Origin: Felis catus
Taxonomy: Eukaryota
Length of the DNA stretch: 64,000 bases
Direction: 5' to 3'
NCBI RefSeq assembly: GCF_018350175.1
Contig: NC_058368.1
Span: forward strand, 69,318,001-69,382,000
The notes beneath the pieces are model-generated. The model ran no database searches. It had not been told where the DNA came from and was given only the letters and a program-made list of their open reading frames with translations. The stretch's first letter is position 1. Every line of letters begins with the position of its first letter. This document shows positions 1 through 12,688 of this stretch, piece after piece. A program made the translations under genes and the position numbers.

Positions 1-1155
1 AATGTGATGACTCAGTTGGTATTTCCAGCCCTGCTCTTTCTGAGCTCCAGGCTCCCCTGTCCGACTGCTCACTGGACATCACCACTTGGATGTCTACTAG
101 GCATCTCAAACTGACTATGACTGAAATTCCCCTCTTGATTTCTTCTTGCCACACCTTCTCCCAAACCCATCCTCCTTTTAGTGGCATTACCATTGCTCAG
201 ACCCAAATCCTAAGCATTCTCGACGTCTCCAATTTACTCCAATTGACCAGAGGAGGATTCACCATGGAGCTCATGAAGCTTGAGCTTACAGCCCATTCAC
301 TCGCACAGAGCCCCTCCAGGAAACCTCACTTTATGTTCAATTTTTTAATTTATCTTACAGAGGGCCCTCAGATTGTGTCAAGTTTCAGTTGTTTTTAACT
401 TGGATCTGCCTCTGCACCCTACGTCCCGCTCCATTTCCAAAAGAAAAACATCTAAACCAGACCACTTTGGACACCGTTGATCGCCATACTCCAGGCCACA
501 TTATTCTCCTGCCTGGAGTACTATCGTGACCTCCTCATGCTCCCCCAGCTTCCTCACTCCCTCCTACTATTTCCTATATTGCAGCAAAATGACCTTTTAT
601 AACTGTTTAAATGTTCAATGATCTGTGAAAAACGGTCATACCCTTTACTTAACCTGTTTTGCTTAGAATAAGTTATACTACTGAACGATCACAATGCCCC
701 AGGTGATGTGCCCCACCCCCCCAACTTGCTTCTCAGCCCTCCCTTCCAGGTTTACTCTTCTCTGGCTGTACCCTTCTTTCCTCACCGGAATACACCAGAC
801 TAGTTTCGCTTGGGGGCTTTTGCACTTGCTGTTTCCGCTGGTGGAAATAGGAATTTCTCCCATTTCTTTCTTCACCTTGGCTCAACTTTCAAGTCTCAGC
901 TCAGATATCTCCCTCAAAAGACTGTTTCACCGAAGTAGCACCCAACTCCACACCTTCTTGATCCCATTATCTTCCTTTCACTGGTCACTATAGAATGTTC
1001 TAATCTACTCAGTTGATTTGTTGATTGTCTGACTTCTCCCAAAAGATAAGCTCCATGGAGGTGGGAACCCAGTCCTACTCACCACTGAATCTCACAATCA
1101 GTGCCCACTGCAGAGAAGGTGCCCAATAAATATTTGCTAAATAAGTGAATAAGTA
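1..1155 (+). mobile_element. LINE-2 3' region, degenerate
   Basis: L2-like motifs ccacttggatgtct...catctcaaact and a terminal aataaatatttg...tgaat. Confidence 0.7.
248..414. mobile_element. MER53-like non-autonomous DNA element inserted in L2
   Basis: Imperfect TIRs cagaggaggattca / tggatctgcctctg. Confidence 0.6.
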
Positions 1156-1644
1156 AATGTTAAAAACAAATGCTAATACAGTAAAGTGAGGCATAAAGTG
1201 ATAAACACATAGCATGGGTGGAATTGAAGAGTATGAACTGTATTACTAGGTCCTTTTTGTTTCTACCTCATTAATTACAGCTAAAAATCTGTTGCAAGTA
1301 GATGCAAATTTGAGCTGTACATTGATGTCACAATTGATATTCCACTATGAGCGTCATCATAACTCATGAGGTAAAATTTGCGTGTCATAGTATCCAAACT
1401 ATGAGATAATTACTATAAATAGCAAATATATGGAGAGGAAAATATATAGACTGGATCATATCTGTATCTCCCCAGTCCTTTTCCTCCAAAATAATGGTTT
1501 AGGAATGCTCAGAAGGTTTCAAGGTTATGAATGCTATCATCTATGTACTCTGAATTGAGTTAAAAATAGTGTGAAAATAGAAAAAAATAGTAATTGAGGT
1601 CCGGATCAACTTCCTTCAGATAGCTAAGGAAAGGCATTTTTTAA

Positions 1645-4600
1645 AATCACACCTTTATTGAGATATAATTCACATACCATAAAGCTCACACTTTTTAAAT
1701 GTACAATTCTTTAGTATATTCACAGAATCACTGCTATCACATTCCAGAACATCTCATCACGCCAAAAAGGAACTCCATACCCATTAGCAGTCATTCCACC
1801 TTCCTTCCCCTCCCCTCCAGGTCCCTGACAACTACGAATCTACTTTCTGTGTCTATGGATTTGCTGCTCCTGGACATTTCACATAAATGGAACCAAAAAA
1901 TATGTGACTTTTTGTGTCTGGCTTCTCTCACTTAGCATCATATTTTTAAGGTTCATCCATGTTGCACTATGTACCAGTCTTGTTTCTTTTTATTGCCAAG
2001 GTGATATACCACATTTTGTCTATCTATTCATCAGTTTATGGACATTTTGGATTGTTTCCACATTTTGGCTATTATGAATAATGCTGCTATGAACATTCAT
2101 GTACAAGTTTTTGTGTAGACATATGTTTCCATTTCTCTCAAGCACAAATGCTGAGTCATATAGCAACTTTATGTGTTACTTCTGAAGACCTTCCAAACTG
2201 TCAAATTGACCGCACCATTTTAATTTCCATCAGCAATGCAGGAGGGTTCCCATATGAGGGGCCCCGTTTTTCCACACCCTCATCAACACTTGCTATTGTC
2301 TTTTTTATTGTAGCCATACTAGCAGTATACCCCCTCTTTTTTGGGGGGGTGGGGGTTTAATTTATATCTCCCTAATGACTAATGACATCAAACATCTTTC
2401 AATGTACTTATTAGTCATTTGCATTCATGTATCTTCTTTGGGGGAAGGTCTATCTGAATGTCTGTTTTGCCTATTTTTTAACTGGGTTTTTTTTGTTGTT
2501 GTTGTTGTTATTGAGTGCAATGGTTCTTTATGTAATCTGGATACAAGTCCCTTATCAGATGTATGATCTGCAAATATTTTCTTCCATTCTATGGGGTGTC
2601 TTTTCACATTCTTGATGGTTTCCTTTGAAGCACAAAAATTTTTAATTTTGATGAAGTCCAATTTAACTTTTCTTATTTTTGTCTTTTGTAATTTCAGTGC
2701 CATAACTAAGAAACCATTGTCTAATCAAAGGCCATGAAGTCTTATCTTACGTTTTCTTCTAAGGATTTTATAGTTTTGCTCCTACATTTAGGTCTACGCC
2801 CTATGTTGAGGTTTGCACATGGTATGAGGTAGCAGATTAGCTTCATTCTTTTGCATGTGGATATCCAGTTGTACCACAACATTTGTTGAAAAGATTATTC
2901 TTTCACATGAATGGCCTTAGCACCTATATTTGTCAGGATTCTCCAAAGAAATAGAATCAATAGGATCCCCAAAAAGAGATCTATTTTAATGAAGTAGCTC
3001 ATGTGATTGTGGGGGCTGGCATGTCTGAAATCCTTAGGGCAGGGCAACAAGTGGAAATTTAGGCATGAGTTGATTTTGCAGTATGGAGTCTGAAATTTGC
3101 AGAGGAAGCCAATATGTGTTTCTGTGTTGCCATCTGTCTTAAGCCAGATCCGAATTGCTTCTTCCTTTGGAAACCTGTCTTTGCTATGAAGGCCTTCCAT
3201 TGGTTAGATGAGACCTACCCACAGTATGGAGGGTAATCTACTTTACTTAGAGTCAACAGACTATACATGTTAATCACATCTACAAACGCCTTCACGGAAA
3301 CGTCTAGACTAGTGTTTGACCAAACAACTGGGCACCATAGCCAAGCCACGTTGAAAAATAAAATTAACCATCATAGCACCCTTGTCAAAAATCAACTGAC
3401 CACAAATATAAGGTTTATTTCTGAATTCCCCATTCAATTTCACTAATCTTTATAAAGGTCTATCCTTAGGCCAGCATCACAGTGTAGCTTTATAGTAAGC
3501 TTTAAAATCAAGGTGTGAATCTTTCAATTTTTGCTGGGTTTGAAATTATTTTGGCTATTGGTAGTCTCTTGCAATTCATATCCATTTTAGGACCAGCTTT
3601 TTCTGAAGAAAAAAGTGGTTAAAATGTTAATAGGTATTGCTTAAATCTGTAGATCAATCTGGGGAGTATCGCCATCTTAATTTTAAGTCTTCCAATCCAT
3701 GCACGTAAAATGTCTTTCCATTTATTTAGATCTTTCTAAATTTCTTTAGCCATGTTTTATAATTTTCGGTGTAGAAGTCTTATATGTTTGTTAAATTTGT
3801 TCTATTTTATATTTTTTGATGCCATCATAAATGAGATTTGCTTAATTTCATTTTTTGATTGTTCATGGCTAGCATATAAGTGAATGATTTTTGTGTATTG
3901 GCCTTATATCCTGTAACCTTGCGGAATACATTTATTTTTCTAACAACATTTTTGTGGATTCATCAGGATTTTCTCTATACAAGTTCATGCCATCTGTGAC
4001 TCTCCAGTACAATATTGAATAGAAATGGTGAGAATGGGCATTCTTGTCTTGTTCTTGATCTCAGGAAGAAGGCATTCAGTTTTCCCCCAGTAAGTATGAT
4101 ATTAGCTGTGGGTTTTTCATAAGTGGCAATCAATCTGTTCAGTTTGTTGAGTGTTTTTATCATGAAAGGGTGTTGGATTTTGTCAAAGGCTTATTCTGTA
4201 TCAATTGAGATAATTATGTGGTCTTTATACTTTATTCCATTAATATGGTGTATCACATTGATCAATTTTCTTATGTTATACCAACTTTGCATTCCTAGGA
4301 GAAGTCCCACCTAGTAGTGATATATAATCCTTTTTACATGTTGCTGAATTCAGTTTGCTAGGATTCTGTTGATAATTTTTGCATCCATATTTATATTGGT
4401 AAGCATTTTCCTTGTGATATCTTTGGTTTTGGTATCAAGTTAAAACTGGCCTCATAGAGTGAGTGTTCACTCTGCTTCTATTTTTTGGAAGAGCTTAGAA
4501 AGGACAGGTGTTAATTCTTCTTTAAATGTTTGGTAGAATTCACCAGTAAGGCCATATCTTTTCTTAGAATTTTGTGGGAAATTTTTTTATTACTAATTCA

Positions 4601-5770
4601 ATCCCTTTAATTGCTATATATAGGCCTATCCAGATTTTCTGTGTCTTTTTGGATTCAGTTCAGCAATTGTAACTTTCTAGGATTTTCTGTTGAATCCAGG
4701 TTATCTAACTTGTCAGCATACAATTGTTCAGTTTTTCCTTTTAATTCTTTTTATTCCTGAAAGTTTGGTAGTGATGGTCTTTTATTTTTAATTTTAGTAA
4801 TTTGAGTCTTCTTTTATTCTTGGTCTAGCCAGAGATTTGTCAATTTTGTTGATCTTTTCAAAGAAACAACTTTTTTCCCCCCTGTTGATTTTTTAATTCT
4901 CAATTTCACCTATTTCCTTTCTTGTTTTTATTGTCTCTTCTGCTTGCTTTGGGTTTAGTTTGCTCTTCCTCTAGTTTCTAAGAAACTAGGCGAGACTATT
5001 GATTTGAGCTCTCTTCTTTTTTACCAAAGATATTTACAACTCTAAAGTTTCCCAAGAGCACTGCTTTCACTGCATCCCAAAAGTTTTGGTCTCTTGTGTT
5101 TCTGTTTTCATTCATCTCAGAGTGTTTCCTAATTTTTCTTGTGATTTCTTCTTCAACCCATTTGTTATTTAGAAGGATGCGGCTAATTCCCACTTATTTG
5201 TGAATTTCTCAAATTTCCTTTTGTTCTTGATTTCTAATTTCATTTTGCTGAGGACAGAGAAGATATTTTATATGATTTGAGTCTTTTTAAACCTATTGAG
5301 ACTTGTTCTATGGCCCAACATGTGATCTCTTCTGGAGAACGTTCCCTGTGCGCTTGAGAAAAATGTGTATTCTGCTGTTGTTGGATGGAGTGTCCTATGG
5401 ATGTCTGTTAGGTTTAGATGGTGTATAGTGTTCTCCACATCTTCTATTTGTTGTTTGTCTTCTGCCTAGTGGTTCTATTCATTATTAAGAGCGCAGATAG
5501 AAGTCTTCAACTATTTTGCTGAACTTTTCCCTTCAATTCTGTCAAGTTTTGCTTCATGTATTTTGGGGCTCTGTTGATGGATACATGCATTTATGATTTT
5601 TGTGTCTACCTGATTGATTGACCCTTTTATCCTAATAAAATATCCTTCTTCGTCTCTGATAATTTTATTTTAAAATCTATTTTGTCTGATAGCAGTATAG
5701 CCATTTTGGCTCTCTTCTGGATGGCATATCTTTTTCCATCCTTTCATTTTCAACCTATTTGTGTTCTAAG
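1645..5770 (-). mobile_element. Old LINE-1 (L1M-type) ORF2 and 3' UTR remnant
   Basis: Minus-strand ORF fragments are L1 ORF2-like ([42 protein letters not shown]), with many stops. Confidence 0.9.
2925..3375 (-). mobile_element. MLT2-like (ERV-L) solo LTR nested in L1
   Basis: Ends tatatttgtcaggattctcc / aaaattaaccatcata; 5-bp TSD GCACC at 2920-2924 and 3376-3380. Confidence 0.8.
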
Positions 5771-6030
5771 GAAAAAATACACTTAACGCTAAATTCTTCT
5801 GCTAAGTATATTTTTATTTCAGGTGTTAAAAGGCAGCAAATGATGGTTTTTAAAATCCATTCACATTTAAATGAAAATAATCAACATTAAAAACATAAAA
5901 GATATTCTTCCTTCCTCCAGCTCTTCATCAGTTCTTGACTTAACTTATAAGGATTTATTCTAGGGGATCAAATCTTGAGTCTTCCTTACCTTCTAAAGGT
6001 TCACAAATGTGTTCAATGTCAAACCAGCAG

Positions 6031-6138
6031 GGAAAGGACATTCCTAAGCAAGAAACACTGCTCAGGAAGTACTGCACCATGTCTCCAGGTCCCTGAGAAT
6101 CAAGTCAGAAAACTGGAAGCAACGGAAAGCACTATAAG
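6031..6138 (+). other. IPO5: Candidate upstream alternative IPO5 exon (5' boundary uncertain: 6031, 6028 or 5999)
   Basis: Donor AAG|GTAACT at 6138/6139. The frame from 6089 reads VPENQVRKLEATESTI(S), resembling the recalled human long-isoform N-terminus MPEDQVGKLEATENTIS, and joins 11665 in frame. Confidence 0.7.
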
Positions 6139-6240
6139 GTAACTGATCCTCACTTTGTGACAAGTCATTTCCTAAATATAAATGAACAAACTACATAGCA
6201 CACTTGTGTGTAACTAGTTGGTTATTTTGCTCCCAAGCAA

Positions 6241-6790
6241 AGCAGTGTTCAATAGAAATATCATGTGAACCACAAATGCTAGTCATATTTGTAAATTTTT
6301 TAAATGTTTATTTGAGAGAGAGAGCACACATGCAAGTGGAGGAGGGGCAGAGAGAGGGAGAGACAAAATCCCAAACAGGCTCCACGCTGTCAGCACAGAG
6401 CCCGAGTAGGGCTCAAACTCATGAACCCTGAGATCGTGACCTGAGCCGAAATCAAGACTTAGACACATAACCGACTGAGCCAGTCAGATGCCCGCCCCCA
6501 TATATGTAATTTTAAGGTTTCTAGCAACCGTATCTTAAAAAGTAAAAACAGGAAAATTAATATAATTAATAATTATCATTTATTAATAAGTATAATTAAC
6601 ATATTTTATTTAACCCAATATGTTGTCATTTCTACATGTGACCAATATAAAATTGTTACTCTTCATTTTCTTCCAAGGCTCTGAAGTTTAGTTTGCACCT
6701 TACACTTAAAGCACACCTAATTTCAAACTAGCCACATTTCAAGTGACTGATAGCCACAATGGCTAGTGGCTACCACTCGGACAGAGAACT
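6241..6790 (+). mobile_element. MER33-like hAT-Charlie element interrupted by a minus-strand CAN-SINE (about 6295-6493)
   Basis: caatagaaatatcatgtgaaccaca ... tagccacatttcaagtg...gtggctacc...ggacag. Confidence 0.7.
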
Positions 6791-9368
6791 GTAGCATTTA
6801 AAAGTGAAAATGACCTTAAAATGCTCTATGATGATCATGACCTGAGCCAAAGTCAGATGCTTAACCGACTGAGCCACCTGAGCGCCCCGTAAATTTTTTT
6901 TCCTTAACATTATACATTGCTATAACATGACTGCTTATATAATAGGAGTATAAAAATGTAATAACCTAACAAGTAGGTGTGCAATCCAAACTAACAAATC
7001 TTGGAGGTTTTGATCTGCATCAATAAGTACAGCTAACTTTATTAAGCATTTACTCTGTGCCAGCACTATGCCAGGTATTTTGATGCATGGTGGAAGGTAC
7101 TACTGTTATTTCCATTTCACAGAAGAGGAAACTGGGGCTGAGAAAGGTTAAATAACTTGGGCGAGATCACAGCATGTAAGTTGTGAAGTCATAATTTGAA
7201 GTCTCATTCTGGCTGGCTCTTGGAGCCTCTGCTCCTAAGCCTCCAAACTCTATACGTCCTTCAAATGTATCCAACCACCAGCTGACATTCAGTGAATTTC
7301 ATATATAAAACTATGAGAGAGAGAGAGGGCAAAAGAAACTAACCGAATCCAAATTTCCCCTGCCTGTGTTCAATTCCACAGTTTGCTGACTAGTGTGTTT
7401 AGTGCCCTTTGGGAATACAAGGTTTCACTTGCCCCTGGCCTGCATGCTCTGACTGTAACAGACTGCTTCAGACAGGGGCTTAAAAATCTTGATAAAAGGC
7501 AGCTGGAGAAATGGAAACAGCTTAGCATTTTCTTTTCAGCAGACAACTTTCCTCAACAGGTCTCATCTTTTCTGCTGGCTCTTACCTAAGCAACAAAGAG
7601 CACCGATATTAGAAAGGATTAGAAATTTTATTTATCAGCCAAATGCTTGTTAACCATCCTTAATCCATCAACATACCATTTTACTCTGCATAATTGGGAG
7701 GGAGACTAATAGAAAATATACAAATACACTTTATTACACACACAAACGTGATGCATACATCTATATCACATGTAGCTTTAAGAGTAGTCACCTGTCTGAG
7801 GCCTATTTCTTATTTAACCCTAGAATCCATCTAACCAATAATAGCTGATAACTATTGAGTGCTACGGTGTCTGCAGACCCCATGCTATGTGCATTTACAA
7901 ATATTATCCTACTTTCTACAACACCCCTATGAAGAAGTATTATTCCCCTTTTACAGATGAGGAAACAAAGACAACTTGTTATGTCATACCATGTTAACTA
8001 TTAATACAAACACCTGTAAATAATACCATCTGCTTATATCTGTGTAGTTATAGATTATAATACTTTCACTTCTATTATTTAAACTGCCCCTCAAAATAAG
8101 TTGTGCTATAGAGAGCACCTGTGCTTACCACTACCAGGACAGGTAGTGGAAGTTATGTTGGGAGTCCCGGGGCAACTTTTAAAAATTTACAGATTGTTCA
8201 CTCGGGAGAATCTTCTTTACATTCAGAACCCAATAAACCAGAAATGACAGACAAGACCAAATTCTACCCCAGCTGAAAGAAGCTTTCGCAGGGGTTTTAT
8301 AAGCCTAACTTCTCCAGCCACTCCCATCAACACAAAACCTATAAAATCAAGAGCAGTACCCAAGGAAGATTCTGCTGCTCTCTTGTTAAGGAGTCTGGCC
8401 TCCTGTATTATTATAAAGAGGGCATGGCCAGGCTGTGCAGTACCTTCTGACAAACATCAAGAATCCTAAATTCCCTAGATTTCAAGTCTCAGTTGAGAGA
8501 AACTGCCAGCCTTCCATTTTCCCAACCTCACCCTTTTACGCAAGGGGTTATAAATGCTCTGAGCAAATATGCCTCCAGAACTTAATGGAGGTAGGGTCAG
8601 GTCTAATAAGCTGAAGTGAAAGGCATCAGGAGCTGGCTGTTCACAGTTGACTCGCCCAAAGCAATGGCGGCTAATCGGGAGTGAGCAAGACTTCGTTCTA
8701 CCCCTCCATTTCATTTCCAATTATAATTTAATGTCAGAACTTTTCTGATTAATAATAGCATACTTTAACAGCCATTATTATTCCATTTTATAATGAGAGA
8801 TTGAGGCTTAAAGACATTAAGTGCTCACTCAAGTTCACATTAGTAAGACACTAAAGACCCACATCCACTCAAGTTCAAGGTTCTTTACCTTCTGCCATCT
8901 GATCTCCTTGGGAAATAAACCTATATTTTTATGGACTGCCATGATACAATATCTGAGCTATTTTCCCAGGGGGAGATTATGTTCATAAAACAAATAGGAC
9001 TCTCTCCATGGGAAATAGGTTTCTAAGTGCAATACATTCCCTGAAGGCTGAGCTTACAAACTCTCTAAACTGGCAGGCCTGCTGTTGAAAATGCAGTCCC
9101 CACTTAGGAGGAGGTTTCCTGGACACAAGAACTGGTCTCCGTTGTCAGAATGGCTGATATCCACCCCAAGTTTACAGGAATTTCTCCCATTTGGGGATCT
9201 CTTTTTTCATTGCCCGTAAAAATCTCCTTCCTTCTTACTTAGAATATTAAAATAAAGCTGGGCTGACATTTCATATTGTAGCAGTTGATGTCACGACTAA
9301 CACTGACTTGTTTTATTTGTAGTCTGAATAAGTATGTGCTTTGCCTCACCAAAAAATCAAGCTCTCTT

Positions 9369-9523
9369 GGGCACCTGGGAAGCTCAGTCGGTTGAGCATC
9401 CAACTCTTGTTTTCCGCTCTGGTCATGATCTCACAGTTGGTGGGATAGAGCTCGGCTCTGCACTATCAGTGCGGAGCCTGCTTGGGATTCTCTCTCCCCC
9501 GGTCTCTTTGCCCCTTCTCGGCT

Positions 9524-9576
<53 letters not shown>

Positions 9577-9660
9577 TCTCTCTCTCTCTCTGCCCCTCTC
9601 CTCTGATAGCTCTCATACTTAATCTCTCTAAAAAAATAAATAATTTTAAAAATTAAAACA
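9369..9660 (+). mobile_element. CAN-SINE containing a (CA)n/(CT)n microsatellite
   Basis: tRNA-derived head gggcacctgggaagctcagtcgg, (CA)n at about 9527-9575, A-rich tail. Confidence 0.9.
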
Positions 9661-10849
9661 AGCTCCCTATCTTGACAAATCCGTACACATACATTGTAAT
9701 TTCTATTATTTAGTAATTATTAAACAAATGTATGTAATCTACAGAGTCATTGCCAATAAAACACATACCACAGCAAGTGTTATAAAGTAACTGGAGATCA
9801 GGACTTACCCTAAGCAAGCCTCCAGGCAATTCATCTTATTTCACTGGTAACATAGTCATAAAATAGGCTGGATAAGTAATTCCCCAAATCTTAATAACCT
9901 TGGGTGAGGAAAAAGCCTCCCAGAATCCAGACATGACCACTGCTGACATACATACATACAAAACAAGCAAAAACAAAAACAAAAACCTGTCCCAAATTAA
10001 TGTACGTGATGTTCTATCTTTAAAGAAATAATGTGTCATAAGAACAACAAATTGTCACATCTAAGGAGCATCAATTCTTCAAAGATAGGTCTGCAGACCT
10101 CTTGTAGAGAACTCTTATCACTATCACAGCTAAAACTTTCTAAGGGAGTTTTTTTCTCCACGAATCAGGATCCTTTAAAAGATCTTAGCTGGCAATCACA
10201 ATTGCATAGCGATCCCGGGGCCTCAGCGCAGAGATTCGGGACGCAGTGGCTGGGATTCTAATATACAGCCAAGGTTTAAAATCATTCCCTTTAAAGCAAA
10301 TGTTTTAAGTAGACTTCCAGAGAACACAACTTCCGATAGTCAACAGGAAATTAAATTCCCTTCGGGCTGCCAGAAGTGTGGTCCATCTCACCCAACGTGG
10401 AATCTCCTCCCTACCAGTGTCCTTTTGAAGCAAAGATGATGAATTATTTTCTCCACTGTCACCCTTAGCCCAAACCATTGGACACAGTAGGGGCTCAACA
10501 GAAGTGCCCTTTGATTTGAACACTGCCCTCTCCCATTTGGCAGCTCCAGTAGCGAAGAAAGATTGGGTGTATTGTCTATGCAATTGAAATCAGGTCTCTG
10601 GGTCCCGCAGTACCGGCAGGAATCATTTAAGCATTTGGATGAGCCCTACAAACCAGGATTCCGTTAGGGAGGGGTGATCTGTCTTAGCTTCTCCCAATCG
10701 TTGAAAGAACAGGACCCCAAAACAAGGAATTCAAGGGAAAAGTCTGGGATCCTGGGTAGGGAGGGGATGGAGGCCTGTGTGCTACGTGTACAACTCAGGA
10801 CGACCCTGGGCTGGGGAGGGCAGAGGAGGACAGGGGAGGGAGGCCTGGC

Positions 10850-12250
10850 GGGAGAGCCCAGGGCTGAGTAACACCTCTCCCGGACAAGCCGAAGGTGTGA
10901 GTCACTGGTGAGCGCGGCTGGAGCAAGGGGTGGCCTGAGTCACAGCCCTGGGGGAGGTCGGAGGGTCTGACAGATAGAGAAGTCTGTAAACCCGGGGGTG
11001 GAATTGAGTGGGAAGTGGGTTTCAAAGGAGCTCCTCCCTGGGGGGTGGGGGTTTACGGTCCTAGAGACTGCGGGGCTGGAGTTGGGGGAAGCTCCGCGGG
11101 CCGCAGGGAAAGGGTGGCGGGCGGCAGCCGAGGAAGCCGGCCAGCCCGCGGCGCCGAAATCTCCCGCGCTCTGGAGCTGGCCCCACCTCCCCAGCCGAAC
11201 CTCACGCCCCTCCGCGCGGCGCGGCGCGGCCCGCCAGCCAGCCCCTCCCTCCCGCCACCCTTCCGACGTCACCCCAGGCCCCAGCTGGCCGGCAGAGTCC
11301 CCGCCCCACATCGCCCGCGACCAGCCGGGCAGCCCGCCGCGAGTCGCCAGTGACGGCACTGCAGGGTGCGTGGCCAATCGGCGCGGCCCCGGAGGAGGCG
11401 GCCTCCGCCCCGCCTCCCGCGCCCAGAGCCAATGAGACGCCGGAGCTGGGGGCCGCGACTGGGTGAGGGGTCACGAGTCCCCGCCCCATCCTCCCCTTTC
11501 CCCTTTGCCCCGCCCTTTCCCGCCCGCCACCCGCCCCCCCCACCAGCCCCGCGCCGCGGCTGGTGCAGGTCCCCGCGCTGGGCCCGCCCCCACCCCTCCC
11601 GCCGGCCCGCCAGCGCGCCTCACGGCTGCTGTCTCCCCTCCCTCCTTCTCTCTCACACGCCTAGCGCAATGGCGGCGGCCGCGGCGGAGCAGCAACAGTT
11701 CTACCTGCTCCTGGGAAACCTGCTCAGCCCCGACAATGTGGTCCGGAAACAGGCAGAGGTAACCGAGCTCGTCGCCCCTGACTCCGTGCCCCGGCCGGCG
11801 CGCCGGCCTGCCCCCGACGCCGCCCCTCCGGGCCTCGGTCGCTCAGCCGCGGCCGCGCAGGCCGGGGCCGGGCGGCGGCCGCGTAGCCCACGTGTGAGGC
11901 GGCCCGCGGCTCCCGGCCGTGCCCCCGGGCCCTTCCGGCCCTTGTCGCCGCGGCGCCCGGAGCCAGTTACCTCCCCGCCACCTCTCGCACACACGTGCGG
12001 CCACTCCTGACACGCTGCCCCCGCCCAGATGGGGAAGCCGGGCGGCGGGGAGGGATGTGGGGTGTGGGGCGGGCCGCGGGGCTCCCCTCGCCCCTTTCCC
12101 GCTTTCTCCCCGTGGGAGCCTTCCCCGCCCTTCCAGCCTCAGTCTCCAGCCGGCCTCGCCCTCCTGGGTCCCCAGACCCTGCCCGCTACCTGACCCTTCA
12201 CCCCGGCCTCTCTCCTGTCCCCTTTTTCTTCGCTACCGTCTTTCCCTCCC
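10850..12250. promoter_or_regulatory. CpG island / IPO5 promoter
   Basis: Very GC- and CpG-rich block around coding exon 1; CCAAT at 11374 and 11429, several CCGCCC GC boxes, no obvious TATA box. Confidence 0.9.
11669..11758 (+). CDS. IPO5: IPO5 coding exon 1 ([10 protein letters not shown]...RKQAE)
   Basis: ATG in context GCAATGG; donor GAG|GTAACC; 90 nt. Confidence 0.97.
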
Positions 12251-12600
12251 TCCCCCATCCCCTCCTTTCGAAATGTGTGTCTTGCTCTCTTGCCTTTCCA
12301 CTCACTCCATTTAGTCCTCTTTCTCTTGTCTAGTTTCCTGACAATCCATCGGAAGCTGGATTTCCCTCCTCCCCCCCGCCCCCGGCCCTCGCCACAATTC
12401 TGTAAAGTTGCCTTTAGGGTTTCTTTCTAAGCCGCTTGCACCTTACTTTATTCTTCCTTTAGACAAATTTTCTTTGATCTGTAGAGATTTGTGGTCTCAT
12501 TACTGCGATGTCCTGGGACTTCCGTTGTTTAAGTGGGCCAGTGCCACCATATGTTTAAGTCTTTAATTTCATGAAATCCAACCTGAATCAATCAGTCAAT

Positions 12601-12603
<3 letters not shown>

Positions 12604-12663
<60 letters not shown>

Positions 12664-12688
12664 TCTCTCTCTCTCTTTTTTTTTTTTT
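12604..12688. repeat. (CT)n microsatellite followed by poly-T
   Basis: Direct reading. Confidence 0.95.

Noticed and set aside
10674..12333. Many overlapping 65-214 aa ORFs on both strands
   Set aside because: A by-product of the GC-rich CpG island. Only 11669-11758 matches a recognisable protein.
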